IMG/VR virus record: IMGVR_UViG_3300026187_000011
Span: 14,344 to 78,343 of that record
DNA from: a virus
Lineage: Duplodnaviria > Caudoviricetes
DNA: 64,000 bases
Strand: one strand, 5' to 3'
Shown: piece by piece, positions 44,886 through 55,480 of the stretch
Numbering within the stretch: the stretch's first letter is position 1
Layout of the letters: each line of letters opens with the position of its first letter
Notes under the pieces: model-generated
Seen by the model: only the letters and a program-made list of their open reading frames with translations
Told to the model about the DNA's origin: nothing
The model's database searches: none
Translations under genes and position numbers: made by a program

Positions 44886-45679
44886 TAAGCAGAGAGTCCT
44901 GCATTAAAGTCAGCAAGATTACCTAGGTTAGTGCCGTCAAGAATGACTTTCTCTAAGCCTAATGTGCCACCAAGAATATCTGCAGTAGCTGAAGTTCCAT
45001 CGGGTGCTACAAGGCTAAACTGTGCGATTGCAGACAATGCTGTGTTTCCGTCTCCATCCGTACTGACTATTACATAATTAGCAACCTCTGAGTTGGCAAT
45101 TAAGTCGCTGACCTTAGCTAAGCTGCCAACTGTAAATGCGATTTCGTCAGTTCCGGAATTATCAGTACGAACACCACTCACGGAGGCGTCGCTACCTGAA
45201 ACAGTAACTGTTACCTTAACATTTGCTGTCTTGCCTGTGAATGTCACATTCTCTGAGCCTACAACTTGAGTTGAAACCGGAGGTATTGTACCAAGACGGA
45301 AGGTGTCGGTTGACTCATCGAAAAGAAATGCCCCTGCCTGACTCCCTTGAGCTCTTTCAAAAAGAAATCCTTGGTCTTTTGTAAATGCACCTAAGTTTGC
45401 ACCCTTGGACAGTCTGATAAAGTTATCATTCACATCCAAATTGCTAGTAGACAAAGTTGTAGTGAGTCCCTGAACTGTGAAGTTGCCAGTTACAGTGGCA
45501 TCACCATTTACCTGTAAGTTTTTATTAACCCCGGAAGTTCCCACAGTAACGGCTTCTTGAAATTCATTTGTTCCTGTGTAAACGTTATTAGCAGCTTTAA
45601 ATGCTGTAATTGCGTCACTTACGTTAGATTTGGTCGCTTGACCAATTTGATAGAATATTGATGTATTATCTGCTGACAT
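44885..45679 (-). CDS. Tail fibre/structural protein
   Basis: TGNFTVQGLTTTL..LDVNDNFIRL..FERA..FDES module, also seen in 51958-53982. Confidence 0.7.
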   Translation of the reverse strand: MSADNTSIFYQIGQATKSNVSDAITAFKAANNVYTGTNEFQEAVTVGTSGVNKNLQVNGDATVTGNFTVQGLTTTLSTSNLDVNDNFIRLSKGANLGAFTKDQGFLFERAQGSQAGAFLFDESTDTFRLGTIPPVSTQVVGSENVTFTGKTANVKVTVTVSGSDASVSGVRTDNSGTDEIAFTVGSLAKVSDLIANSEVANYVIVSTDGDGNTALSAIAQFSLVAPDGTSATADILGGTLGLEKVILDGTNLGNLADFNAGLSA

Positions 45680-45691
45680 GATTATTTTTGG

Positions 45692-48421
45692 TTAAAATAA
45701 GCTAGGAATTAGCTTAGAATTGTTGTTAATAGAAGAAATTTTTGCGTTGGCATTTAGACCTGCCTCAACCTGTGGTTGAATATTAGCTACTAATGCTCCC
45801 GTGTCTAAGGTGAGTGGTTTATCTCCATTCTCTGCATACAGTACAGAGTTTCCGTCTATCCTAAATATTCGACCGCCTGTAATATTGACTGCGACGCTGC
45901 CAATATTCTGTATTTTTATATTAGCTACAGTGTTGTCTACTTGGTAGTTAGTGCCATCAATCGCACGCACTACATTAAACCATTTATCCACTCCGTCCGG
46001 TGTGGTTTGTTGGTAGACAAGGAAAGCATAAATCTGTTGAACAGTTGCGCCTCCATCAGACTCACTTAAATCTACCCCCATTGGATTATTACTAAAGTCT
46101 GCCGTCCATGCACCGAACGAGCTACCGTCTACAGCATTGTTATTATAAATAGTGTCTTCTTGCTGGTCTATGGAGAAGGTAAGTCCTGCAGTTGTTGCAA
46201 CACCTGTTACCTCCAAGGGAAGCATTGCGGTATCACCCACTACGCATGTCACACGAAGTCTTACTACATCTCCTACTGCAATCTCAGCTGCGGTGTATGT
46301 TCCATCTGTGTCTATTAATGCTCCAGCTGTGCCATCAAGTTTGGTAGTAAGAACCTGACCTGACCTTGGGTCGGTAAGGTTGAATAGTTGTATCCTTGAT
46401 GTTGCCTCTATGTTCTTAATTTCCCATGGAAGAACTGTGGTAGTCCCAAATGTACCAATGACTTCTGCATCATTACTGAGTGTGGTTGTTCCTGAAGTAG
46501 TAATATTACCCACAAATCTAGTTGCCTTGATGGTTAATGTGTTACCACTAATCGCAAATACTGAAGATGCGCTTGCATCAACCACGACATTGTAAGAGCC
46601 CGCATCAATGGAGTTCCCCTCTCGAGAAACAATAGTTTCGGTTTCCCCAGCGTAATTATCCGCTAAGTATGCTTTCGCTCTGTTGTAGAATTTCTGGGGT
46701 GTATCTATTTCGGTGTAAGCATCCGTAGTTGCTCTTGTGTCAGTGATTACAAGGTCGTCAAATAACACCCAATTAACTGCGAGTTCACCTAATCCTTTAA
46801 GGGATTGAGTTGTGGAAGACAATGAGTGTCCGTATGAACAGAACTTAAATGTAAATTCATCAGCATCAGTATTTCCGTTTCCTCTCCGGTCTACTTTGTA
46901 AAAACCACCAAATTCTGTAGTATCCCATGCTGCCGTGGTTGGTCTTTCGCCAATAGAATCAACCCAGTTATTACCATTAAGGGTTATGTCGTAAGGGCCA
47001 CCATTACCTCCTTGGCTTGACGCACTAGAATCAGTGGATAAATACTCTAAAATCTGAACTCCAATAGTGACCTGTTGAGTATCAATCAAGCCACTTGCAT
47101 CGCTAGTTCCTGTGTACTCTATTGCATTGGTGTAGTCATATGTTGCAGTTCCATCAGCATTTAATACCCCAAGTGTGTTTGTTCCTAGTTCGCTAGTGTA
47201 TTGCCTGGAAGTATCTGTTGGGGCAGGGAAGGTGGCATTCTTAGAGTAATTTGAATCCGGAGTATCTGACATATACATCTCTACACCCTGTATCGCACTA
47301 CCACTAGAATCTTTTAAATTAAAAGATACTTCCTTCTTAACAACAGTAACACCTTTTTGTGTATCACCTCTAGGGCCTGTGGATGATCGGTACATCCCAC
47401 GAACACTTGAACCAGCTTCTGAATTGATTATAACCCAATCCCGATGCGGGTAAGTATTGTTAGATGAATGACCTATGTCAGAGTATGCCGTATTATTTGA
47501 TGTATCTAAATCTCGTAAAACCACTTCGTAGTAACTTTGAGATAAGGTTTCCATTAACACGCCTTCGCTAAGAGTGAATCCTCTATTTAAAAGTTTACTG
47601 GCCTGTGCTCCTGCAAATTGGTTATTGACCAACTTAAAGTTTTTAACCGAGCCTCCCGACATTGAACGGCAATCTAGTAATGTAGGAGAAACTAATTCAG
47701 TACCATCAATGTCCGAATATCCACCGAGTGCGGTTGGTCTACTTGAATAAATCGTACCACCTCTGCCACGAAATAATCCGTCAGCTTCAACTTTTATGCC
47801 CGAACCTCGTTCTTGAAAGTTGTTTTCCTTGTTACCTACAATTAACAAACCTGTTCCTACAGATAGTCTAGTATTTCCAAAAGCTGTCTTTTCCTTACCA
47901 TAGTTATATACAGCCCTGCGCGTGACTCTGTTTGTAGCGCCAGATAATGTCGGCAGGTAGTCTGAATATTCAGTCATGCCTAGTGTGAATGTATTAGCAG
48001 TGACTGCAAGTACTGGGTACACGACTTGATGTAAATGAGCAGATGGAGATGGTGTGCCACTATCAGTTACTTGAAACTCTACTGCCTCCCCTACTACATA
48101 ACCATGTGAGGCTACAGTAAGCACGAATCTATTATCTGAGTCCCTGGTTATAGCGGTTACATTTTTCCACGCATTAGTGCCATAATTTATAAGTATTGCA
48201 GGAGTGTTACCACTAACCCAATCATGCCTAATTATTAAAACTTCCTTTTCCGGGTCGTGATGTAACGCACCTTGAATTTGTAACCTGTGAGTACTAGCGA
48301 CATCATATATAATCATGTCTTCCTCAACAGACCTAGTCACCCCTGTAATACCATTTAAGCCACTAAGGTCATTGTCTATACCAGTTTGTGTAATTATGCC
48401 ACTTGCCTCTGCGAAACTCAT
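45692..48421 (-). CDS. Large beta-rich tail-associated structural protein (909 aa)
   Basis: T/S/G/V-rich ORF within the tail block. Confidence 0.65.
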   Translation of the reverse strand: MSFAEASGIITQTGIDNDLSGLNGITGVTRSVEEDMIIYDVASTHRLQIQGALHHDPEKEVLIIRHDWVSGNTPAILINYGTNAWKNVTAITRDSDNRFVLTVASHGYVVGEAVEFQVTDSGTPSPSAHLHQVVYPVLAVTANTFTLGMTEYSDYLPTLSGATNRVTRRAVYNYGKEKTAFGNTRLSVGTGLLIVGNKENNFQERGSGIKVEADGLFRGRGGTIYSSRPTALGGYSDIDGTELVSPTLLDCRSMSGGSVKNFKLVNNQFAGAQASKLLNRGFTLSEGVLMETLSQSYYEVVLRDLDTSNNTAYSDIGHSSNNTYPHRDWVIINSEAGSSVRGMYRSSTGPRGDTQKGVTVVKKEVSFNLKDSSGSAIQGVEMYMSDTPDSNYSKNATFPAPTDTSRQYTSELGTNTLGVLNADGTATYDYTNAIEYTGTSDASGLIDTQQVTIGVQILEYLSTDSSASSQGGNGGPYDITLNGNNWVDSIGERPTTAAWDTTEFGGFYKVDRRGNGNTDADEFTFKFCSYGHSLSSTTQSLKGLGELAVNWVLFDDLVITDTRATTDAYTEIDTPQKFYNRAKAYLADNYAGETETIVSREGNSIDAGSYNVVVDASASSVFAISGNTLTIKATRFVGNITTSGTTTLSNDAEVIGTFGTTTVLPWEIKNIEATSRIQLFNLTDPRSGQVLTTKLDGTAGALIDTDGTYTAAEIAVGDVVRLRVTCVVGDTAMLPLEVTGVATTAGLTFSIDQQEDTIYNNNAVDGSSFGAWTADFSNNPMGVDLSESDGGATVQQIYAFLVYQQTTPDGVDKWFNVVRAIDGTNYQVDNTVANIKIQNIGSVAVNITGGRIFRIDGNSVLYAENGDKPLTLDTGALVANIQPQVEAGLNANAKISSINNNSKLIPSLF

Positions 48422-48711
48422 TATGCGTAATCCTTTGTAATTGATGCAAGATTACCATCTCCATCGTAGGTTAAGGTCTTGGTAAGCGTCGTAACATCTG
48501 AGCCGTCTTTTTCTACTACACTTGTTAAATTACCACTTGTATATGTAAATGTCTTACTTCCCACTTTTGTTCCTTTTCCGCTATCTGTCCATGTGGTTAT
48601 GGACTGCAATACTCCATCTATAAATGTTGGTTCGGAAAATGAGTCATCCTTCCCGTATGAAGAAATTGCCTGCCCGATTTTGTAGAATATGCTATTAGTA
48701 TCCGCGCTCAT
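48421..48711 (-). CDS. Small structural protein with YD-like ending
   Basis: KTFTYTSGNLTSV..KTLTYDGDGNLASI; N-terminus paralogous to 44885-45679. Confidence 0.65.
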   Translation of the reverse strand: MSADTNSIFYKIGQAISSYGKDDSFSEPTFIDGVLQSITTWTDSGKGTKVGSKTFTYTSGNLTSVVEKDGSDVTTLTKTLTYDGDGNLASITKDYA

Positions 48712-48713
48712 TG

Positions 48714-49085
48714 TTAAATCGTTCCATCACTTACGCAAGATGCCGAAACCCCGTCATATCCATTAATATAATCTTGCCTAGCACATTGGTTCCATTTGTT
48801 AATTTGCTTTTGCGAATATTCTAGCGCATCCATCATGGTCGCCACCTTAGTGATTGGGAATACGGTTCCATCATGCTCAAGCCTGTTCGAGCCATCAACT
48901 GTAGGACCAGGGTCGTAATACTTTAAGAGCTTCCATTTGGTAGTGCCATCTCCTACCTTCAGCATAGATGTGTCGCTTTCCCACCCCATTTCTCCGTCAA
49001 GAAGAGTGGGGTTGGTTATCTGCCATTGTGCAGCCGTGCCTTTGCGTACGGTTACTCTAGCTGTAATTCTTCGTAGTTCAGGCAT
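48714..49085 (-). CDS. Mtd_N/hyaluronidase N-terminal-like tail fibre domain protein
   Basis: RKGTAAQWQITNPTLLDGEMGWESDTSMLKVGDGTTKWKLLKY. Confidence 0.85.
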   Translation of the reverse strand: MPELRRITARVTVRKGTAAQWQITNPTLLDGEMGWESDTSMLKVGDGTTKWKLLKYYDPGPTVDGSNRLEHDGTVFPITKVATMMDALEYSQKQINKWNQCARQDYINGYDGVSASCVSDGTI

Positions 49086-49109
49086 TGTTATTTATTTTAA
49101 GTAGTAACA
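49086..49109. promoter_or_regulatory. Palindromic site abutting ATG 49085
   Basis: TGTTATTT ATTTTAAG TAGTAACA; 22 of 24 identical to the 3180 copy. Confidence 0.65.
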
Positions 49110-49118
49110 TTCTAAAGG

Positions 49119-49454
49119 TCAATCGGGTTTTGAGTACAGCATCGACTCGACATCAAGGAGTTTACTGCCCACCAAAGCTAAACTTGCCTGGGTTATCTGG
49201 TTTAAATCATCTGTTGCAGAGGTTGCCCTCTCTTCCAAGTCCTTAAGTTTATACTCAAATATCTTATCTTGCAGCTTGTCTAAATTCTCCTGCACATTGG
49301 TCCACCATTCCCTTATCTCCCTGTCGTACTTCTTAAATCCATCGGGGTCTGCCTCTTTTAATGTAATAGGAAGTTCCGGGAGGGCGTCCCCCGAGGTGTA
49401 GTAAGGGTTACTATCACGCTGGAAAGTTTCTACCTTAGCTCCTAGTCCTGGCAT
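49119..49454 (-). CDS. Hypothetical tail-associated protein
   Basis: Coupled ORF after the tail tube gene. Confidence 0.65.
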   Translation of the reverse strand: MPGLGAKVETFQRDSNPYYTSGDALPELPITLKEADPDGFKKYDREIREWWTNVQENLDKLQDKIFEYKLKDLEERATSATDDLNQITQASLALVGSKLLDVESMLYSKPD

Positions 49455-51958
49455 TATCCTTGCCCTGTTGCTTGCGTTGCCTGCCTGCTATCAATGCCGC
49501 TAACTTCGTATGTTTTGCCAACAATTTTTATTGGATTAGCAACAACTTCTATTTCATCATTCATGTATTTAGGCATAAAGTAATTCGGCATTATATAAGC
49601 TTTTGTTATTTTGTATTCAGGCTTTACCCTCACCTCATCCCTTATGTAAGGAGCCCGCACATACAAAGGTATCATATTTTCATCCCTAACACTATTTAGT
49701 GTGACATATTTTACTTCTGCTCCATTTTTTTCCGACATTGTCTGCACCTCTTCTGTGCCTTGCACTGCAGATGAAGTAGATATTGCAACTTCTACTGGGG
49801 TTACACCATACTTATTAGACATCTGCAGCACATAAGAGCGCACTTCTTTATCTGAAAAACTGTCTCCGAAATCTATTAACCCACTCTTAAGTTCACTCGT
49901 GTATCCATAGCCTAATCTACTATATACTCTATAAGGTTCAGAGGAGCCAACCTCGGGAGGCCCGTATCCATATCGGGCAACCAAACCGTCATATTGATTG
50001 TCAGGTCTGTATTTTGTGCCTATGAAAAATGGTGCTTTTTCTGAAGAATGTAACCCCATTAAAAACCATGATTGCTCGGGACCAATTCTTCTTAGTCTTG
50101 GTTTTCGAGCATAGCAGCTTGCTGTAAAACTAGCATCTATTTCCGAGAGGGTTTTACTAATGTAATCATATGCAATAATTCCCCAATCTATAATTGGCTG
50201 AGAAACAACCTTACCGGTTTGGTCGATATATTCACCAGCAGAATTTTCCATATATCCTGTTGGTACTGACAAAAATAGCTCCCTAGTGACAGGATTATCT
50301 GACGCATAAACATACTCTGCATACTCGGGTGGTATGCTTTTCCAAAAAGGTAAACCCAATTCAAATGTTGCTACAGGCTCAGGTTCTGCTGAAGACCTAG
50401 ATACTGAATAAACTCCGCTACTACCGAGAAAGATGTGTCGCTTGCCATCAATATTTGTAATTGTATGCCTGTAATCCGCTATCCTTCCCCCCGTGTATCT
50501 TGGCTCAACAGCAAATGGCTCCTGGGAGACATTAGAGCGTGATAAAAAGAAGAATCCACTATCTCTATAAACAACCAACTTATCCGCAAGAATCTCCATC
50601 TTAAGGATTCTTGTTCCGTCATCTGCAAATTCTCTAGCTGAAGCTTGGCTGTATATTTGGTTTAGATATGAAAAGATGAATACTTCATATGTGCCTTCAT
50701 TTAAATAGCCTTCAGTTATTTCCCAATCACTATTCTCATCAGGATTCGATTCTCCAGCGTCAATTGATGCCTTAGCTTTGTAAAAGCCTGCTCCGTATCT
50801 TACCGAAGTTCCCTTTGGGTAAGATGTTTGACTATCCCATATTGGTAACACAATTGACAGAAATCCAGGATTATTCCCTGCCTTATTTCTTATTACAAAG
50901 TCGTCTCCACTTTCATACAAGAAAAGGCGAGATGTTAGACCAAGATTATTAATGGCATACTTCTCATCTTCTGTCTTTATACCAAAATCTCCACTCTGCA
51001 CTACGATTGCCTCTTCTTCTAAAAAAGATGCGGAGTTAGATATTATTGGTGCGCCGTCCTCTACTTTACCAATCTTAAACTTGTGGTCTGATGATATCTT
51101 GTACTCTCCATTAGATGAGACAGTGAGTGTTGCGGGTAAGCCTCCTGTCTCTAGGGTATCAAACATTTTAGGGTTCTGCTCCATACTATAAAGCATTCGA
51201 TACTGATAACGCTGTATTTTTACCGCTCCAGTTCTTACTAATGGGTCTTCGTATACATCACCATAAGGGGCGGCTGCTTCCTTGAACCATTTATCGTAAC
51301 CATCAACAATGACCGTAAGGTCCGCCACGAATAGTCTATCTTGAAATGATTGTATTGTTCCGCACGAAACTATCCCCTGTTCACGCAGGCTATACAAGGG
51401 TTGTGCGTAATCCCATTCGGCTTTATATATTATTGGTAGGTCAACACCATTACTGATTACAACATGATTAAGTACAGTACACGCTTCCCACCTGTATGCG
51501 CCTCCTTCAAATGGATTTTTCGTCGTGCCGTCTGCATCTAGCACATCCATATGGTGAAGGCCTTCGTAAATCTTTTCCCACCAAAATACCTCTACATTAC
51601 CTTGGTAGTATCCTTCCTGCGCGTAACTTTCGAACTCGTCAAACGCATACCCTACGCTACCTGCTTGGAGTCGATAAATGTTGCCCCCAGCGGCGGCGAT
51701 AAGAATGCCTTCTCCGGTGGTAGATGGAAATTGATATAACAACCTGATTGGATACTCATTATCTAAGGCAGTCTGCCTTCCTGTTGGGTCAAATAATGTC
51801 CAACCTTCCCTCCTGAGCTCACCATCTGTTTCCCTGCGGAAATTTATCTTACGCGTATAATTAGCAGAACCCGCAACATTATCTGCTGCTGAGCCAACAA
51901 GGGCACCACCCTGAGATGGTGTTATTGTTATGTGTTTATATCGACCCTTGCGTGCCAT
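49454..51958 (-). CDS. Tail tubular B / P22 gp10-like tail stabilisation protein
   Basis: 834 aa, beta-propeller-like; NHVVISNGVD.P, QSFQDRLFV, EILADKLVVYRD; position after the adaptor. Confidence 0.65.
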   Translation of the reverse strand: MARKGRYKHITITPSQGGALVGSAADNVAGSANYTRKINFRRETDGELRREGWTLFDPTGRQTALDNEYPIRLLYQFPSTTGEGILIAAAGGNIYRLQAGSVGYAFDEFESYAQEGYYQGNVEVFWWEKIYEGLHHMDVLDADGTTKNPFEGGAYRWEACTVLNHVVISNGVDLPIIYKAEWDYAQPLYSLREQGIVSCGTIQSFQDRLFVADLTVIVDGYDKWFKEAAAPYGDVYEDPLVRTGAVKIQRYQYRMLYSMEQNPKMFDTLETGGLPATLTVSSNGEYKISSDHKFKIGKVEDGAPIISNSASFLEEEAIVVQSGDFGIKTEDEKYAINNLGLTSRLFLYESGDDFVIRNKAGNNPGFLSIVLPIWDSQTSYPKGTSVRYGAGFYKAKASIDAGESNPDENSDWEITEGYLNEGTYEVFIFSYLNQIYSQASAREFADDGTRILKMEILADKLVVYRDSGFFFLSRSNVSQEPFAVEPRYTGGRIADYRHTITNIDGKRHIFLGSSGVYSVSRSSAEPEPVATFELGLPFWKSIPPEYAEYVYASDNPVTRELFLSVPTGYMENSAGEYIDQTGKVVSQPIIDWGIIAYDYISKTLSEIDASFTASCYARKPRLRRIGPEQSWFLMGLHSSEKAPFFIGTKYRPDNQYDGLVARYGYGPPEVGSSEPYRVYSRLGYGYTSELKSGLIDFGDSFSDKEVRSYVLQMSNKYGVTPVEVAISTSSAVQGTEEVQTMSEKNGAEVKYVTLNSVRDENMIPLYVRAPYIRDEVRVKPEYKITKAYIMPNYFMPKYMNDEIEVVANPIKIVGKTYEVSGIDSRQATQATGQG

Positions 51959-53982
51959 TATGCGTAATCATCTACAGCATACTGATTGGCGACCAATGTG
52001 TCTATTTGCCCCTGCAGTAAGACTGTTGTGTTATTTATAGTAGTATTAATATTAGTAACTTGCGTCGATATCTCCTGCGTCACAGCAGTACTCACAGGCA
52101 AATCAGCAGGTGCAATATTAGAGACATCACCAAGTCCTACTTGTTCTTTTGTTACACTATGAGGATTGCTTGTATCAGCAACATGCGCATCCAAATCCTC
52201 GTCGAATGCAATCGTCTTAATTACTCCGCCAATATCTAACTTCCATTTATCGGTTGCTTCATCCCAAAATAACTCAGTGTTTTGGGAGGTACCTCGCTCA
52301 ACTACGATACCTGAATTAGTGGCTGGGTCCCCAGTAACATTCTTGTTTAAAGTAATTTTATTATCTTCGACATCTAATGTTTGGGTATTTAATATTGTTT
52401 GCGTACCCTGTACTGTAAGGTTCCCTTCAACGGTTAAATCTTTTCCTACATTAAGAGCATTAGGAATCGTAAGCGCTGAGTCGTCAGTAGTTGATATTTT
52501 ACTGGAGCAGATGCTTACATTGCTTATCTGCCCACAACCAGCTACATCTATTGTGCCGTCAAAAACCGAATTGCTTTTAAAGTTTAAGTTTCCACTTGTT
52601 GCGGCAATTTCATTTCCCGCTATGCTCACTTTAGCAATTAACCCACTTCCGTCTACTTTTATATTTCCTGCAATGCTAACATTACCAAAGAAATCTGCAT
52701 CAAAGTAGCACTCTACATTTCCATCTGATTGCTCTTTAAATAGATTAATTCCACGCCAGTCATTTTCGCCTACCTTTAAATAAGCCTTATAATTTCCGCT
52801 AGAATCTGCAGCCCATGTTAAGTCGCCTATTGACCCGGCTGATTCTTGTGGTGAGGTAGGCTTAAACGCATACCTTATTGAATCCAACCCTACAGTCACC
52901 CTACTGTCGGTCTCTGCTCGCGAATACACATCAAAGCTACCTAAAGAAACCTTATGTGGATTTTCTTCATTTAAGTGTATATCTAGGAGTTGTTTTACAT
53001 CAATATTGGGAACATTCCCTAAACTAATATCACCCTTAGTAACATTGTGGGGATTGTTAGTGTCGGACTTGTGACTGAATAGGCTTACATTAACTCCGTT
53101 GAGCTGACTGCCTAGCGAAACAAGTATCTTTTCCCTGTATGCTAATGATGCAGATGAAGCAAATAAGCTAACAGGTGAAAGGTTCTCAACATTACCCAAA
53201 CTAACTTGAGCCTTTGTTACGTCGTGCGGATTATCTTTTAAATTTGTATGGTCTAAAATCTTAAGATTAGTCTGTGCTTGAGTATATTTATCAAGGTCAG
53301 TTATCTGTGACTCGGTGTGCGTGTGAATACTTACCTTTGTGTCGACTTCTCCCTTTGTGTAAAAGCTAGTCTTAATGTCATTAATATCGCTGACCGCATG
53401 ACCATGCACTGTGTTTGCCTTTGCGTTTAAGTCTGACTTCTTCGCAAATAATGAAACTTCACCAAGTCCATCTATGTCGGAAACACTATGCTTATGCCCC
53501 AGAGATACTTTAGTGGCTATAGCCGAGTTAAATATTGATACCTGTACCTTAGCATTAAGTAAATCCTGCAGTCCACTTATTGCAGAAAGAGAAGGAAAGA
53601 CATGACCAAGTGAAACTTTATTATCTTCATTGTTTTTTACTCGTGCCTGCAATGCAGTGATACTAGCTTCATTGGCTGATACGCCATTCCCTGCGGTAGT
53701 AAAAAAATTATCTACTTCTGTCTTTTTGTAGTAACTTGACAAGGCATCAGTTTCATTAGTTTCCAGCTTAGTAACCCTGCCGGTCATTAAGTCTAATGAA
53801 TCTTTTAGTGCCTTCGCTCCAACTGAACTCAATACATTAATTGTGCTCTCAGAGTCTAATGCCGAGGATATATTATCTACTGTATTGACTGAGGAATCAA
53901 TGAGGTCACCAAACTGCGCCTCCGTCGGGGTAGCACCTGTTACAAAGTATGTTTTTAGTTTTGTTTTACTTACAGCACTCAT
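51958..53982 (-). CDS. Tail fibre protein
   Basis: HxHxxSDIxxL repeats and NPHxVTKxQVxLGNVxN repeats. Confidence 0.8.
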   Translation of the reverse strand: MSAVSKTKLKTYFVTGATPTEAQFGDLIDSSVNTVDNISSALDSESTINVLSSVGAKALKDSLDLMTGRVTKLETNETDALSSYYKKTEVDNFFTTAGNGVSANEASITALQARVKNNEDNKVSLGHVFPSLSAISGLQDLLNAKVQVSIFNSAIATKVSLGHKHSVSDIDGLGEVSLFAKKSDLNAKANTVHGHAVSDINDIKTSFYTKGEVDTKVSIHTHTESQITDLDKYTQAQTNLKILDHTNLKDNPHDVTKAQVSLGNVENLSPVSLFASSASLAYREKILVSLGSQLNGVNVSLFSHKSDTNNPHNVTKGDISLGNVPNIDVKQLLDIHLNEENPHKVSLGSFDVYSRAETDSRVTVGLDSIRYAFKPTSPQESAGSIGDLTWAADSSGNYKAYLKVGENDWRGINLFKEQSDGNVECYFDADFFGNVSIAGNIKVDGSGLIAKVSIAGNEIAATSGNLNFKSNSVFDGTIDVAGCGQISNVSICSSKISTTDDSALTIPNALNVGKDLTVEGNLTVQGTQTILNTQTLDVEDNKITLNKNVTGDPATNSGIVVERGTSQNTELFWDEATDKWKLDIGGVIKTIAFDEDLDAHVADTSNPHSVTKEQVGLGDVSNIAPADLPVSTAVTQEISTQVTNINTTINNTTVLLQGQIDTLVANQYAVDDYA

Positions 53983-54746
53983 CCAACTACAAATCCTCCT
54001 ATTCCTGAACCTGCACCAATAACCTGCTCGGCAGATGATGCGGCGTATTCTTTTTCATTAATATATATTTGTGCCCTATCTTTTACATAAAGCTGATAAT
54101 ATGATTTATATTGATTCAGGTCATTATCTACCTCGCGTGCCAGGTGGGCCTTAACAAAGTCTGCAGATGCTTTTGCTACAATGTCATCAAATACTACAGG
54201 GTCTTCTAGCTCATCACTTGTTGCCTTAAATGCAGGAGCATAATGCTTTTCTCCTTCGTAATATAAATATAAGGCTTCATCATCTCGTAGCTTTGGGGCG
54301 GTGATAAATGTCTTATCTCCAAAAGCTATTCTCCCTGATATGCTTTGAGTTCTTTCGGGGTTTTGACCGTCTATTAGGTCAAACCTGCGAGCCCAAGGAA
54401 TAATTTTTAAATAATAATATCTGCTTATCTCCTGCGCATTATCTTCGGTGGGTACTCTTCTTATTAGCACTTGCTTAACCCTTGTTTTGGCCTGATTAAA
54501 GCTACCCTGATGAGCGTTTATATCCTCAGAGTTTACCCCACTTAATGTTTCGGGGTCCGGTTCTACAAGAGTGCTTGTTGAGTAGTGCTTAATGTTATTC
54601 TCACGAAAGGAAGGTATATACCTTTGTAAATCTATTACAGAGGCTACAATCATTCTATCTATATAATTCTGTACCCCTTTTCCTTTCCTGTCACTATCTA
54701 CCAAAAGAAAAGTTCTTACTGCTTCATTAAACTCTGACCACTTCAT
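53979..54746 (-). CDS. Putative head-tail adaptor / tail tubular A-like protein
   Basis: Size about 255 aa and position; helical termini. Confidence 0.45.
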   Translation of the reverse strand: MKWSEFNEAVRTFLLVDSDRKGKGVQNYIDRMIVASVIDLQRYIPSFRENNIKHYSTSTLVEPDPETLSGVNSEDINAHQGSFNQAKTRVKQVLIRRVPTEDNAQEISRYYYLKIIPWARRFDLIDGQNPERTQSISGRIAFGDKTFITAPKLRDDEALYLYYEGEKHYAPAFKATSDELEDPVVFDDIVAKASADFVKAHLAREVDNDLNQYKSYYQLYVKDRAQIYINEKEYAASSAEQVIGAGSGIGGFVVG

Positions 54747-55207
54747 CTTCTACCTCCAGGTGTGTAATAAAATCCGACAACCATAGGGCATAGAATGACA
54801 ACGAAGTAGGCACTTAAATGTCCCGTGGTAACCATAATGGGCGACTGTTTAGCAGGAAACGAGAGGAGTCCGAAGAGGAGTTCTGTTTTTCCTTCACCAC
54901 TTGCGTTGCTGAGGGTGATGATTTCTGCTGAGGGATAAAGGGTGCAAAGAATGACGACCGCTGAGAGGGTGCCAATGAGGATGAGTGCGAGCAACCTCCT
55001 TGTAGCCCTAGTGAAAGTACCACCAGGACCATTGTTAAGCTGTTGCTGAAATTTAAGTGCGAATTCATTTCCTCGTGCCTCCCTTGCTAGTTCTAGTTCA
55101 AATTTCTGCTGGCGATTGTCCGCTATTGTCCCGAACACACCTTTGAGGATTGAGCCAAGCGCGGCACTACCCCCTCCAGTTAGAAACATTGTTAATAGCT
55201 CAAACAT
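54743..55207 (-). CDS. Putative holin-like membrane protein (3 hydrophobic segments)
   Basis: Hydrophobic N-terminus, TRRLLALILIG..VILCTLYP and SAYFVVILCPMVVGFYY segments. Confidence 0.5.
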   Translation of the reverse strand: MFELLTMFLTGGGSAALGSILKGVFGTIADNRQQKFELELAREARGNEFALKFQQQLNNGPGGTFTRATRRLLALILIGTLSAVVILCTLYPSAEIITLSNASGEGKTELLFGLLSFPAKQSPIMVTTGHLSAYFVVILCPMVVGFYYTPGGRR

Positions 55208-55228
55208 TACTTATTATAATTAGTAACA
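55205..55228. promoter_or_regulatory. Degenerate palindromic site overlapping ATG 55207
   Basis: On the - strand TGTTACTA attataat AAGTAATG; the last three bases are the start codon. Confidence 0.5.
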
Positions 55229-55480
55229 CTATGCACCCTCTAAGTCTTCGACTCTTTTTGTTAGTGCACTTATCAAGCCACCTTTGATTGTGTTTTGCTC
55301 ATGTAAGTAAGTGATTTCAAATATAAGCTGATTGATTGTCTTGGTGAAGATTGTGGAGTTGTTGTCCATATCGTCATAATCCAAGGGGTCATCGCCAGTA
55401 TATTTACGAAGCTTTATTTTGTAGTCTTGTGGGTCGATGGTGTAGTCATCGCCATTCAGCTTTAAATTTACCATACTCAT
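55229..55480 (-). CDS. Hypothetical protein
   Basis: Coupled ORF with C-terminal coiled coil. Confidence 0.65.
   Translation of the reverse strand: MSMVNLKLNGDDYTIDPQDYKIKLRKYTGDDPLDYDDMDNNSTIFTKTINQLIFEITYLHEQNTIKGGLISALTKRVEDLEGA

Noticed and set aside
48714-49085. Diversity-generating retroelement linked to the Mtd_N domain
   Set aside because: No reverse transcriptase and no template/variable repeat pair seen in the window.
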